64,000 bases of DNA from Amoebophrya sp. A120 (taxonomy: Eukaryota; Protista; Dinoflagellata), in the NCBI GenBank assembly GCA_905178155.1, contig CAJINV010000014.1, forward strand, positions 2,327,923 through 2,391,922, read 5' to 3'. Position 1 is the first letter of the stretch. Every line of letters begins with the position of its first letter. Made by a program: the position numbers and the translations under genes. Shown one piece after another: positions 13,101 through 24,882 of this stretch. The notes beneath the pieces are model-generated. The model had not been told where the DNA came from, made no database searches, and saw only the letters and a list, made by a program, of their open reading frames with translations.

Positions 13101-13535
13101 GGGTCCTCCAAGTCCCACGTTGCAAAAATGTCTGGTAGCTCGTCTAGCTCGTTCTCGCTCCCCTCCTGTGTCTGGGGAGCGACCTGCTGCCCCTCGCCTG
13201 CTGCTGCGACCGCTGGGGAGGATTCCGACAAGGGGGGGACGGGGGGAAACGCTTCCGCGTCCCGTGACATCTCTGGCGAAGGTCGCGCGGGCGGAGTGTC
13301 CTCCTCGTCTAGGTAGAAGGGCCACAAGTCCAGAGCGGCGCCTTTGTAAAACACCATAAGAGCGTCTGTTAGTATGTTATCGATAGGGCTCGCGAGGCCC
13401 GTGGCGCTGTACATCAGGAAGTTGCTGCAGTTCCGCGGGATATTCAGACGCTGTTTTATCTGAGACGCAAAAGTCTTTGCTACTTCTTTCTTTGCTGAAG
13501 TCGTGAAAAAAGGAAACGGCACGACTGAGATCGAC
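10148..13535 (-). mobile_element. 5'-truncated non-LTR retrotransposon (RNase H-containing)
   Basis: Flanked by an identical 19-bp repeat gagtgctatccttttgaag (10129-10147 and 13536-13554). It has a (CCT)n 3' tail at 10148-10160, an RNase H + CCHC ORF, and about 1.5 kb of 3' UTR. Confidence 0.88.
11660..13522 (-). CDS. C-terminal part of retrotransposon pol-like ORF: RNase HI domain and CCHC zinc finger
   Basis: SYTDGG...SFDGECYGL...FFVDNNGL...FRWTPSH...YNDFADAMA gives the RNase H D-E-D-H-D pattern; CQYC-x8-HLLYEC is a zinc knuckle. The RT core is absent, consistent with 5' truncation. Confidence 0.85.
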   Translation of the reverse strand: MPFPFFTTSAKKEVAKTFASQIKQRLNIPRNCSNFLMYSATGLASPIDNILTDALMVFYKGAALDLWPFYLDEEDTPPARPSPEMSRDAEAFPPVPPLSESSPAVAAAGEGQQVAPQTQEGSENELDELPDIFATWDLEDPICATTTHENPLWGRCNEAWSCRMNRIALSDEYRDLAQAAKSLQVGRQYWRGVNRITVLPMRQVAADFDVPDPGRLDDREEKDKVRLEISQKNEQVTRSLLREKQTVASYTDGGAKFERGSGGGASWHRTAQQGRRPAPIVVSCCCIESEIGDPEETTDPDSFDGECYGLLNHVKTLRAHSDPQWLKTITKHVFFVDNNGLLQAMKAFRDRSNVMTIKLVRELEELEKVSAPGCEFVFRWTPSHLANYYNDFADAMATRGLDHNKGKELQRPFYKKDATVNLLRRLVQERTKSKLLGSTKCHPYLKRRAFCMREYKTEEKRPQYIDAIMFALWMGTAKKGFLGMGKLEHNTKRPHLTGMKCQYCDKKALPTTDHLLYECQQADFVEAREKCFGLPKITSMKQRCEILKSTQMTRKVLTYLETTSENQPGILPESLRKAIRENVQRDTSEQPKEEKEQLKLDSVVPNHKALARLVPWVDMV

Positions 13536-13732
13536 GAGTGCTATCCTTTTGAAGATGATCTTGGAAGCGTCGGGATCGCATTTTGTCCGAGCGTGTCTTT
13601 TTGTACGTATTTCTTTGCGTTGACATCATGATTTTTTTTATGTGGATCATCATGACAAACCAATAATATAAATATTTACTACGATGATCATCTTGTTGTA
13701 CATGATCGCACTACCTCCATTGCGTCTGGTTA

Positions 13733-13800
13733 CCTCCTTGTCACATGCACGCCTCCTTGTCACATGGTACATTGATCGCACTAGCTCCTTGTCACATGCA
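13733..13800. repeat. Three short imperfect direct repeats (ctccttgtcacatg)
   Basis: The motif is seen three times in intergenic DNA. Confidence 0.6.
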
Positions 13801-14821
13801 CAGTGCCGCATCTCTTGGCCTTGGGCCGTCGCCGTTGTGATCTTTGCATTAGCATTATTGTTCTGCTCTGTTCATCTTCCCGCTCGTTGCATGATTATAC
13901 ACGAGTCATAGTGTGTAGGGGATGTTTCATCAAGGACATCATGACGCACGTCTTGTTTCATGAAGGACAGCACCATACACGCTTCCCATTGCGTGTTGGA
14001 CACCATGCACCACGATGACGACGAGCCATCTCCCTGCTCCCATCAGCTCAACAAAGAAATCACCATGTGCGCTTGTTACAGAGTGAGCAATCAAACCTCA
14101 AACAAATGCGTTTTGCTTTTGGTTGATGGCGTTTCTATGTATATTAATTAATATTTGATAAGTGCCACTTCTTCGCTTTCTTTCTTTTGAAGGCAGCTAC
14201 AAGAATTTTGAACCTACTGCCACGAGAATTTCTTCTCAATTCAGTTGGCAGCGGCGGTCACTGCAAATAACTAGAAAGCATCAAGCCAAAACTCACCTAA
14301 GCGGGTAAGTTCATGCTGAGTGTTGTATCATCTGTGCCTGCTCCTGCAAATGTTTGTTTGTCTCTGTTCATGCGTCAAGGTGGGAACGCGTTTAGTCATC
14401 TTTTTTCCTAGCGCTACTTCAATAAAACTCCGCTGTTGAGACTTTACCCCGCTGAAAAAAAGAACTGGCACTTGTGGACCTGCTTCAAAAATGGAACTAC
14501 CCCGTCGCTACAAAGCTCCTGGCACTAAGTGCTAAAAAGTCTTATTTTTTTAATAGTCTTTTTGTTTTTCTTTGTCTTTCCGCCTCGACGCCAAAATCTA
14601 GAAGATCATTGTACACAGTTAGAATGGAATAGAAATAAAAATAATAAATGAAAAACGAGATATATAGCAAAACCAAAACACGTGATGGCCTGCCGCGTTT
14701 CCCACCACTGCAGCTACCGGCAAACAACGGCTGGTGGCTTTAAGCCATCAACAAACAATATGTAACAAAGCGCGAGCACTGCTGCTACAACGTTGACGCT
14801 CTACGTATTATAGCAACTACT

Positions 14822-16690
14822 TCACACTCCACGCGACCCCCAGCAGGTCAGCCTGATCTCACTGCTCGCCCGGACCGGCAGTGTGCAGTAGTCCAGCGAC
14901 AAAGCCCGGGTCTCGATCGACTCCCGCTCCGTCCCCATGTTGGTGATGTCGGCAACCGCCGTGTGATAGACGCTAAATGTCGAAAACAGCAAAGTTTCCG
15001 CGAACTCCATGCCCGGCCGGACGTACCACTTCATATTGTCGGCTTGCCCCTGGGAAAGTTCGTCCTCGTTCAAGAACCTTTGGGAGTACGCGCCTGTCGC
15101 GTTGAGCGGAATGGAGGACAGGTCCAGAACCGCGAGCGGGTACTTGATCGCGAACGGCTTCGACAAATCCTTATCAGCAGGCCTTGTTACGTTCATCCAC
15201 AAGTTGTAAGCGTCATGCACTCTGACGCGGGACCAGAAGCATCCCCACTTCGCGATCGTGTGTTCCGCCAGCAGATTTCCGTCCAGCAGTTTGGTAAAAA
15301 AAGCCGTGACCTTGGACCAGTACGGGGATATTGGCTGCGCCGCGGGGTCAAAGACCCAAGCGGGCAGCGTGGAGTTTGCACCGCCTGCTCTGCTGAAGAT
15401 TCTCCGGAAGAGCGTTTTCAACTCCTGCACAAAATCCGCCGCGGTTTGCGAAGTGGGCAAAGTGCCCTTCTCCCAGCGTCCCAAAAGCGTCAAGTACCCA
15501 ACAAGAATGATTCTGTCGGTAGATTGTGACTTTGCGTCGCCGCTGACCACCTGCGGGGACACGACATATTTCGTCACGTGCTCGAGGTCCGAATCGGTCA
15601 AGTTGCAAGTTGCCTTTGCGACATCGTTCACAAGATCGCCCGATTCTAGTAGTGGACTCAGCAACGGTGCCTGCAGTCCGGACGCCAGCAAAATGGATAA
15701 ATATCCCAGCACGGAGAATTTTCCGCCGTAGCTCATGTTGGGCAGGTCCGGCAACAGTTTCCAAACCGGCTTCACCTCCTCCGAAAGGCCCTGCATGGTC
15801 ACATCGGTGTGCACGAAGGTCAACGGAACCATCCCATTGTCGACCGCGGGGGCCCCGGTCTTCGCGCTGCCGGAGCGGTGCCGACTGTCCACGATCACAG
15901 TGGCGCGCTTCAAGTTCGCGGCTGCGACCGCAGTTTGCAGCTTGTCAAACAAAGCCTTGAAACTCTTTCGATTCGCGGCCGCGTCCTTCTCCAAGCTCGC
16001 ACTCGGTGATTGCCACCCATTGATTCCATTGGTTTGGTCCAAGTTCGCGATTTTTGCAGCGTGCGCCAACTGCTTGTTCCAGATTTTGTGCGACAGATTT
16101 GTCTCCTCCAGGTTTAGACTCGGGGCACTGGACGTCAACTTTTCGACGATTTTCTGAGTAACCAGAGCGCGCCACGTGGTCGAGTCGGGTAGCGTGTGCA
16201 ACTTGTCGGCCGGCCAATTCTCCAGCAATTTCCGAAACGAGGCTGCCTGCTGAGGAGCTCCTCCCGCCGGGTCTTGTTGTTGGCTGAAGTCCTCCGGCTG
16301 AATAAAGGCGCAACCCTTCGCTTGGTACTGGCTCACCGCCTGCCTTCTTTTTTCCTCATCCAGCAAGCTGAACGGCTGCCCGTTCAGCGTCATGCTGGTC
16401 ATACGCTGGGTCTTTGGGTCGTAAACCGGGTTGTTGTTCTCATCAAATTTGCCTGAGTTCTTCAAATTAATCTGCGCCCGCTCCTGCTGGCCCGCGAGGT
16501 TGTTCCAGTCCGGCTCGGCTTCCTTATTCCAGACGAAGAGGTAGAGAAGCAGGGGGGCTAATCCTAGAACGAGAACCACAGAAACTACGACGATAATCGT
16601 CGTGATCAAACAACAACTCTTCTTCTTCTTCTTCTCCTCCTCAGCCCTTTGGAGGCTGGAATCCTCAGTAGGATGTAGGATTACGGCCAA
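14822..16690 (-). CDS. CmcJ/NvfI/AsaB-like Fe(II)/2-oxoglutarate oxygenase with N-terminal signal-anchor
   Basis: Motifs in order: FVHTD (HxD), YNLWMNV, YPLAVLD, KWYVRPGMEFAETLLF, VYHTAV, RESIETRAL. N-terminal KKKKK is followed by a hydrophobic helix. The ORF has no ATG before the helix, so an upstream exon is likely. Confidence 0.7.
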   Translation of the reverse strand: MAVILHPTEDSSLQRAEEEKKKKKSCCLITTIIVVVSVVLVLGLAPLLLYLFVWNKEAEPDWNNLAGQQERAQINLKNSGKFDENNNPVYDPKTQRMTSMTLNGQPFSLLDEEKRRQAVSQYQAKGCAFIQPEDFSQQQDPAGGAPQQAASFRKLLENWPADKLHTLPDSTTWRALVTQKIVEKLTSSAPSLNLEETNLSHKIWNKQLAHAAKIANLDQTNGINGWQSPSASLEKDAAANRKSFKALFDKLQTAVAAANLKRATVIVDSRHRSGSAKTGAPAVDNGMVPLTFVHTDVTMQGLSEEVKPVWKLLPDLPNMSYGGKFSVLGYLSILLASGLQAPLLSPLLESGDLVNDVAKATCNLTDSDLEHVTKYVVSPQVVSGDAKSQSTDRIILVGYLTLLGRWEKGTLPTSQTAADFVQELKTLFRRIFSRAGGANSTLPAWVFDPAAQPISPYWSKVTAFFTKLLDGNLLAEHTIAKWGCFWSRVRVHDAYNLWMNVTRPADKDLSKPFAIKYPLAVLDLSSIPLNATGAYSQRFLNEDELSQGQADNMKWYVRPGMEFAETLLFSTFSVYHTAVADITNMGTERESIETRALSLDYCTLPVRASSEIRLTCWGSRGV

Positions 16691-18669
16691 CTGCGCGCTG
16701 ACTGATGTCAGGCGAGTTGTGCGATTACCACAAGAGAGAAGGAACGGGCTACGAGTTTATCTTGAGCGATAACTAGGAAAGAAAACGCCGGGGGATCGGA
16801 TCCGACACATCTGCAACACGTCACGAGCGTGAGCAGGGAGGAGCACGATGCTCAAAGTAATTCTTGTCCTTTTTTCCTTCCTATTTCATGGCTTTGAAGT
16901 GCGTGACTGTTCAAGTTCTTACAACGCGACGCACGTACGCAGTGATCTCGTTTCACATCTCTGACAACGCGTTTCTTTCACAGCTCTTGCACTCGCTTAA
17001 ACTCGGCGTTTGTGTCATCTTTGTTTGTGCTAACTCTTCTGAGTAAGGTGGCGAACACAGTTACATAGGATAGACCAGAGGCTCGCGCTCTCCTTGTTGT
17101 TCATAGTGCCCGGGGGGCCCAGCCGGTTGCTGGTGGGCATAGACGACCTGGTTGCCTGGATGGACGGACATTTTTGTGCTTTTTGAGAGCCGGTAGGGTG
17201 AAGAGATACAGAATGTGAATGTGAATGAAATGGGTAGCCAACAAATAAACTGTCAACAAAACCAAAACTGAAAACTCGAATTGAGTTCGTCGTACAAACC
17301 AGCAGGATAAAAATGACGTAGGCGATCAAAGCAGTTGCTTCAAAACAAAAAACAAAAAGTACGTATTTGCTTCTAATTCTCAAATAACAGTGCTGAAAAT
17401 GCTCGTCAAAACCTTCAACTTGGGGTTGGCTGATGCTTCAAGAATGTACCAAAAAATGACTTTCACGTGGTGTTTCTTTTATGTAAAATGCGTGTTCGTA
17501 TTTCGTTATCCTTATCGTCGTTGCAGTGCGCAACTTATTTCATTCTGTCATCATTTGTTATTTGACATGATAGATCCTGGCGGTCGTTACGCCTGCAATT
17601 TATTAGATGATCTCGTCAACACATAGCTCTGGTGCAGGTGCTTCTGGCGTCATGATCATGAAGGTGCATTTCATTTTTAACAAAGGAACTTTTTACAAAG
17701 AGTCGTACGCACCATGGATTGGGGAGGGGGTGCGCATACTGGCATTTTTGAAGATCAGTAGTAGAGCAAATCGCACTTGCAGAAGGAGCAGAGGACAGGC
17801 ATGTAACACCGATGAAGATCATGATCATTTGTGACCTTACACTTCTTCGCGAAGGCGTCAACAACGAATGTTTCGCCGCATTGGCAAGGAATAACTCTGC
17901 TCCTCGGAAGGAAGAAACGTTTTCCGTGCTTCTGCTTCTCAATAATTACCACGCAACCTATTTTCCACCTGATCCAAATCTTCCTCTATCTCCACCAAAT
18001 CGAGATCTCTATTTGTGATTATCAAGATCTACATTTTGATTTGATTTGGTCATATTTAATATCTATTATGCCATAGGCATGCGCAGGCGTCATTCCGTCA
18101 CGATAAAGAGGACGCGACCGCAGCGAGTGAGTATTTGTTTCCGCAGATCCAGATGTTCTTGCCTGTCTTCAAAACTACAACCGAGAACTGCTCATTGATA
18201 GCACACGCATTCCAAAACTTGGTTGCTACTAGTACCGATACGATACTGTCAGATTCTGAACGGTAGGTACGAACACCAAGAACAAGAGTCGCAACTGCTT
18301 GACTGTGGGAAAACGTCCAATACCAAGCGAAAGAGAGAACCGATGCCGACCGAACGCCTCGGCATGATACGAAAACGGAGTTTAATAACTACGGTGTCCA
18401 TGATGTATCGACAATCACATTCTGCATCTGTAATTTGGAGGTTCCTCTGCTTCTACTAGCCGTATGTAGCGATTCTCGTAGTAGTTTCTCAAAAAAAAAA
18501 CTAACTTCTACTACACGACACTAAGCACCGTAATTGAGGTTCCAATATCGCTCATGACCAGCAGCATCTTCAAATCAAAATCACAAAAATTCCATCCAGG
18601 GCTGGTTCTCGGTCGAATGATGAAGATACTAATCGTGATCATCATCTTCACATTAAATTATAACTCCGT

Positions 18670-21600
18670 TTATGCAAACAAACTGCTATTCAACAACGAC
18701 TTTCTCTCCACACTGGTGCTGCACTTTTCGTTTTCTTGCACAAGCTTCAAGTGGTCGTTACTCAAACTGTTCGGCGGCCGCTCCACACATCGCGTCCGTC
18801 GGCTGAAAGGGTCTGACACGCGATCGCTAATTTGTTGGTCCCGAATTATATTGTGCTTGTGACAACTCGAGTTGTCGTGGTCAACGCCCGCGAGGGACGT
18901 TCTTGCCCGTGGAGGTGGGAAGAAGTTTGACCTTGTGAAGTTGTGGTAGCTGCTTGGTAGAGCAGGAACGACTGCAGCACTTCCACCAGGAGTCGCCGTT
19001 CTGATGCTGATACTATCTTGCAACGAGCCGCGCATCGTTGTTGTACTAGAAGCCGGTATTGACACGGACGCGGGCGTCACCACCGCGGGCGCCGCTGTGA
19101 AGATCGGAGTGCTCTTTCCAGGCACTGGCCGTGCTAGTCCTAGTGCTGCACTTTCTTGGTGTTGTTGTGGATGGTGCGAGAGGACCCTATCACTTTTGCC
19201 GGGACGAGTTGATGCTTGGTCGTAGCCACGCCTGTAAGCATTCGTATTGTAGTTCTCTGTGTCGTGGTTGAAATGCACCTTGGCCGCCGCTGCACTTTGA
19301 CGGCTCAAAATCTCATCAAAATTTCCGCTGGAGATGCTCCATTCCTCACTAGCGCTGTTCCTGTCTAAAGTATTTGTCATGCTTGCTGCCCCGGAAGCTC
19401 CAGCAGGCGGTAAAGCATTTTCATCAGACTGCGACAGATCCTTCTGCCCAGCTCGTAGTTGGTGTGCAGCTGGTTGTACCCCCGGAGGTCTCGCGACTTC
19501 CCGATCTCTCAAGTCCATGTGCAGCTCGCGGCCGAAAAGATTTTTCTGTTTTTTCAAGTTCATCGAGGAATTTAGTGTAGTACTCTCCTTGGTACTGATG
19601 TTTGTGTCTGCAAGAACGACGACATCTCCGACTCGACCCTGTCCTGGTATTAAAATCTGCTGTCTTGCCGTGGCGGTCCAGTTCGGTGGCTGCGGGAGGT
19701 GGTCTCTCGCCAGTGGTGTCGCACTGAGAATGCTACTGTGCTCCTCTACATCCAAGGTATAGCGTCCAGTTGTGCAGCCGGTGGGAAAAGATCTGTCAGG
19801 AAGTAGCTTCGGCCTGCTGCGAGAAGCCGCGGGAGCAGGACCTTGACCTTGTCCGTAATTCGAATTCCCCCGTGCAGGTTCTGGTAGGTGGAAAGTCTCA
19901 CTGGAGTTGTCGGCCAAACTAGACATCGAAATCTCACTCTTCGGGGAAGATTGACAGGACGAAGGTAGCCGCACGATGGGATAATCTTCATACAGCCCCT
20001 GCTGTTCACCGCGTCTGGTTTTCTTGTCACCAGCTGCAGCTGCCAATATCAAATTCGAGGGATTCTTATGTGGCGGTCTTGTTCGCTGTCTCGCCACCGG
20101 GGCGCCGGTTGCGGGTCGTTGTGCACTTCTAGTAGTTGTAGATGAAATTACACCAACGCCAGCAACTCCCGATGGAACAGACAAATGTGCTGGTCCCCTT
20201 CTCGGGCTCGGCTTGAACGGGGGCAGCACCGCGGGCGAGCCCTGCAACCGCTCACTATCGTCGAGCTTCTGCGGTTCCTTGGTCAGCTTCTTTCTGCTGT
20301 TTGTTGCGTCAGAGGTGGAGGAGGAGGACGTCGACGCTGTGGGGTTATTTACATCGCCGTTTCGAAGATTCGTGGTTCTGCCATCCAGGGTGAGTGAACC
20401 TAAAACTGCTGTTCCGTAAGTGTTTGGCGGCCTCGCTGGCGTGAGGATTAGCGCTGGCGGGGGTTGGAGGACAGGGGTTGTGTTGGCTTCTTTTTGACGA
20501 TGGTATCGTTGTGATGTACCGCCTTGTGCAGTAGAACCATCTAGACTACTACCCGGACGATGCTGCAGATTGCCACTCGAGTTCGATTTGTTGAGCTGGA
20601 GCATCTCATTGAAATTGCTCGACGTAACACTGTCCAGGGAGTAGTGGCCCTGGCCGCGACCTCCAGGGGCAAGAATTTGGGAAGATGAAGAAATCATCAC
20701 ACCTCCTTGTTCGTTGACGCGCAATTCCGGCACACCAAACCCATGTCCACCAGAAGATGAAACAGGTGGTGAGTTGCTCAAGCTGGTTGCGCTGTGGGAC
20801 GTCGTGTGGTTGTAGTCTTCGTGCGTACTCTCCTCCGCAGTGGTGTGCTGGTTTGAGTCGTGGTATACAGGAAAGTCGTCGTGGTTGGTACAGTTCTTAG
20901 AGGAATTTGCTGGCGGGAACACGACGAGGTGATCCCGTTCGACGTCGTGCTGTCGTGTTTCTTCGTTGGCGTTGTTCCCTGACTTATTCGCCCCCGAACT
21001 AGCAGAACACAACATGCCGGACACGCCTGACGACAGTGCCGATGCCGTGGACAGAGACCGCATCTGCGCTCTGGAAGACTCAATCTCCTTCAGTAATTGC
21101 TCTAACTCTTCCACCCGCAAACTGGTACGTGCAAAGGTGGAGTCCATATTGCCAAAATTGTTGTCAACGCTAGGTACAGCACCAAGTGCAGCAGATGTTG
21201 TGCAAGTAAGATCACGATCACCTCCCTGATGGTCGCGATCTTCGCCAGCACGTATCCCCGGAAACAGCCTCTTCAGTACCGTCAAAATATCAAGTGTAAA
21301 AATGTCTGGGTCTGGAAGATTCTGACACTTGGCATGCACGTTTTGCATGAGCCATGATGTCTGTGATGCATACTCTAGCAATACAGATTTTTTGAGGGCT
21401 TTCTGATGCTTCTTCCGCATGACAAATGCCTTCTCAGCGTAGCAAAAATTGCATTTCCTTTAGTACTGATGCAATACAGATTTTCTTGGAATCCAAATGC
21501 AGCATCACAAGTTGCATTCTTCCAGACTCAGACATTTTTACATTTGATACAAAAATGCCTTCTGTAACTCTCGGTTTTTCAAATGTTCTGTATCCACCTT

Positions 21601-24600
21601 TGACTTTAGATTTTGCATCTCGGAGTGGAGCTGGTGTTCCACTGACTTGAACTCAGACGCAAGGGAGGCGAGCGCGACTTGAATCTTCTCTTCGATCACG
21701 CTGTGTTGATCATCCGCTGCAGAACTTGTGTCCTCCTCTTCCCCGGCAGCCGATGTCGATCCCGCCCTACTTCGCCCACTTCTGCACGACCGCTGCTGCC
21801 CAGCAGTTCTTGGATGAAAGCTGTTTTCGATGTACCCGAAGAGCCGCTCTCTCGCTTTCTGGTCCAGCGACAGGGACAGGTCTTGCAAGATCGAGGCGTT
21901 CGCGCTCCCCGCCAGGAGGTCAATCGTGCGTCGCTGGATGTTGTTGGAGGAATCTGGCGCAAAAACGTCTTGCCGGTTTTGATCGTGGTCAGAGGAAAGA
22001 ACTTGTGCTGCGGTAGAAGCAGGATTACGACATCTTCCGGGAACCCCGACTACATCTTGCTTGCTCACCACCATCCTCGCTTGTACGGAGCTTGCTTGCT
22101 TCGGTGAAGAACCATTGGACCGCAATTCCATCTCTGCATCGTGATCGTGATCTCCATGTAGTAGATTTTTGCTGCCTGATGTGCTAGAAGTACAAGAATC
22201 CCCCGGGGGGGCCTGCTCCTCCCCCTCGAGCTGATGCTGATGGATTCGCTTTCTCATTCTCGTACCAAACTGCCTGCTGCTCGCGTACAACTTGTCTACG
22301 GGATGGTAATCGAAATTCTTTGTTGCGTGCGTTGTTCCACCTGCACCTCCCCCGCCGAATTCCGCGGACATCAGCTTATGCAAATCATCCACCGAGTACC
22401 TTCTCGAGTTGTTCAAAACTGAAGAGTTGTAACTGGAGGCCCGTGTGTGCGTTGGCGTAGATTTTCTTGAGGATTTCCGCGAATCTGTGAACTTCGTTGG
22501 CTATCGTGGGAAAAAAGTGTTATAGTTACACACTCTGATGGGAGATAAGCAAGACAGAGAAGCTCTGTCATGCAGGAAATGTTTGCCAACCTGATTTCAT
22601 TCGTGTTTTCCCTTGTAGTCTGCGCATCACAGGTTTTCTTTGCCATGTCGAGCACCTTTGTGATGCAGAACCTCCAACAAATGTGTAACTGTAACACTTT
22701 TTTCTTGTGATATTGGCGGGACGAGGTCTACTTCTGGTTGTTGTACGGAAGATGATGCCGCTGGAGCTGCAGCTTTCTGGTCGTACAACTCCTGTAGTCC
22801 GGTCTTATTCGTGCTGTCGTGCTGACTCGACGTGCTAAAAGTACTATCCCGGTGCAGCTGGAAATGCTCCTCTTGTTGAACCTTATTTTTCAACGGGAGA
22901 CCACTGTCCGCGTAGTACGGCGTCTTACTCGCTGTGCTGGAGAGTCGGAGGAAGTTAGTAGACGCTGCACCTTTATCATTTTCAACACCGACCACCTGTG
23001 GCTTTGCATTCTTGCAAGACCCAGGAAAAAACGAAATCGACGCTTGCACTTTCACAAATTCACCAGTGTTCTTCTTGTTCTTCGGCTGGTTGCAGCTGTG
23101 TCTGGCTTCTTGTTCAACTACAGTGTTAGTCTGCTCTTGCATCACGACGTCATCCGAGAATGTGCATGATGTGGCAGGAACTTTCGACGCTTTTCTACGA
23201 CTTTGACTTTCCTGGACAAGGACAGTCTCGTTATAGCAACTGTCCTTTTCGAAGAACTCTTCGTCTTCCAAGCTTGCTGCCTGCGGCGACTCCAATCGGA
23301 AATTTTCCTCGAGCATCATAACATCACCGCGACGATCGTCAGTGGTTGCATCTTGTTCGTCCCTGCGAACTACAGATGTTGAAACTAAATCCGACTTTGC
23401 TGACCACGTTCCTGAGCAAATCGCGACGACCTGGTGGCTGGAACGCGACAGATTCGACGACCGGACGGAGGCTGATCCATTGGATCGGGAGCGGCCACGA
23501 GAAGTTATTTGCTCTTCATCCTTTCGCGGCTGCGGAATGCGCAACTCCTGGGCCAACGGCAACATCCCAGTACGATGATCCAACCTTCTGCAATTCGGAA
23601 TCCAGTCTTGCCACTGCAGCCCCTGTCTGGGCATGGTGGTCAAAATTCGTGACACCTTCCACTTCTTTTTGTCCACATCATCCCGGATTAAAGCTGCTAG
23701 CATGCAACAGCCCTCTTCCGCCTTCAAGGCGATCGTCGCGGAAGTGATTGTTTCCTGCTTCTTTTGCAAGACGAGGCCGTCCACCAGAGTAGGTAGTTTC
23801 GGCGTTCTGACTCCTGTCGCGGAAGCAGTACAACTGCAACTATTATTGTGCACCATCTTCCTTAGGAAAAACTGCAGTTTGGTCGCGGGATCAAACGACG
23901 TTTCCTTTGGGCTATCTCCTCCGCGCAAAAACCTCCCTGCTCTCGAGGAGGAAGACGCTGATCTGCTCCTGGTCTTCTTGCCCCTCCCGAACAAAGAACT
24001 ACGTCCGCTCCCACCCGGGATTCGATTGGCCGCGAAGAGCAAGATGTCCACTTCCGGTTGTTCTTTCAACAAGCGGGATAAGTCAATTTGGATGCGGTGG
24101 TGGTCTTTCATTTCCGTGGCTCGTCCACTTGTATTTGTACAACCTGGCATAGTTCTTCTCGCACCCTCTTGGTGTTCTTGCAACCCTTCGAGAAGAAGTA
24201 GATCCTCGTCGTCGTCAACCAACGCAGCATCATCTTCGTCTGCACGACCGGCTGCATGATCATCGGGGCCGAAAACCCGATTGAACAAGCTGCAGGTGCT
24301 AGACGTAGATTTGCAAGTCGAGGAGAGCATAGTAGAGCTGCTGTTAATATTTCGGTTGTTGTTCGCGAGGTTTGTTCGACTTGAGGTTGATGACGCAGGG
24401 GTGACATCAGAGGAAAAAATCTGCTGCAATTGATCATGCCGACTGTTGTGATCCTCATTGGAGTTGTGGGAGGACGACGACCCAACTGCGGCGCCGTAGA
24501 AATTTCTTGCCAACCTGCTTGTGCTTGTCCCTCGTCCCCTTGGCATCCGCGTAGTTGTCCTCGCGCCAGCCGGTTGCAACGAGGGCGCACGGCTGCTCGA

Positions 24601-24882
24601 GCCATGTTGCCCTGCATTCGTCCGGCCCTGTTTCGTCCGGTAATTTTTCAGGATGGTCCCGAACACCGGCGCGTTCCAATTTGGTCGCGATGGATTTGGA
24701 TGCGAAGTATTAAATGGCTCAATAAAACCCTCCTCGTCAAGAACATCGTCTTCGTCCTCGATACTGCTCACACTAGCGACCACCAGCTGCTTCGCCCCGA
24801 CCACTAGGCCGCAGTGAAACGCGAAACCCGGCTCCGTGTGCAGGGACGCGGTGAGAGGGGTGGAAGTCGAGGTGGAGGACAT
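18670..24882 (-). CDS. Large low-complexity protein with coiled coils and a possible split TerD-like domain
   Basis: ORFs 21538-22416 and 18670-21420 join across the family B element (KAFL|TVLKR). The join to ORF 22627-24882 through a probable intron is unresolved. RIQIDLSRL..EVDILLFAAN and CCMLAALIRD..KWKV weakly resemble TerD. Confidence 0.55.
21288..21549. mobile_element. TIR intron/introner, family B, reverse orientation (262 bp)
   Basis: Ends tatcaagtgtaaaaatgtctgggtctggaaga ... tcttccagactcagacatttttacatttgata; direct repeat caaaa. The body is the reverse complement of 4325-4591. Confidence 0.92.
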
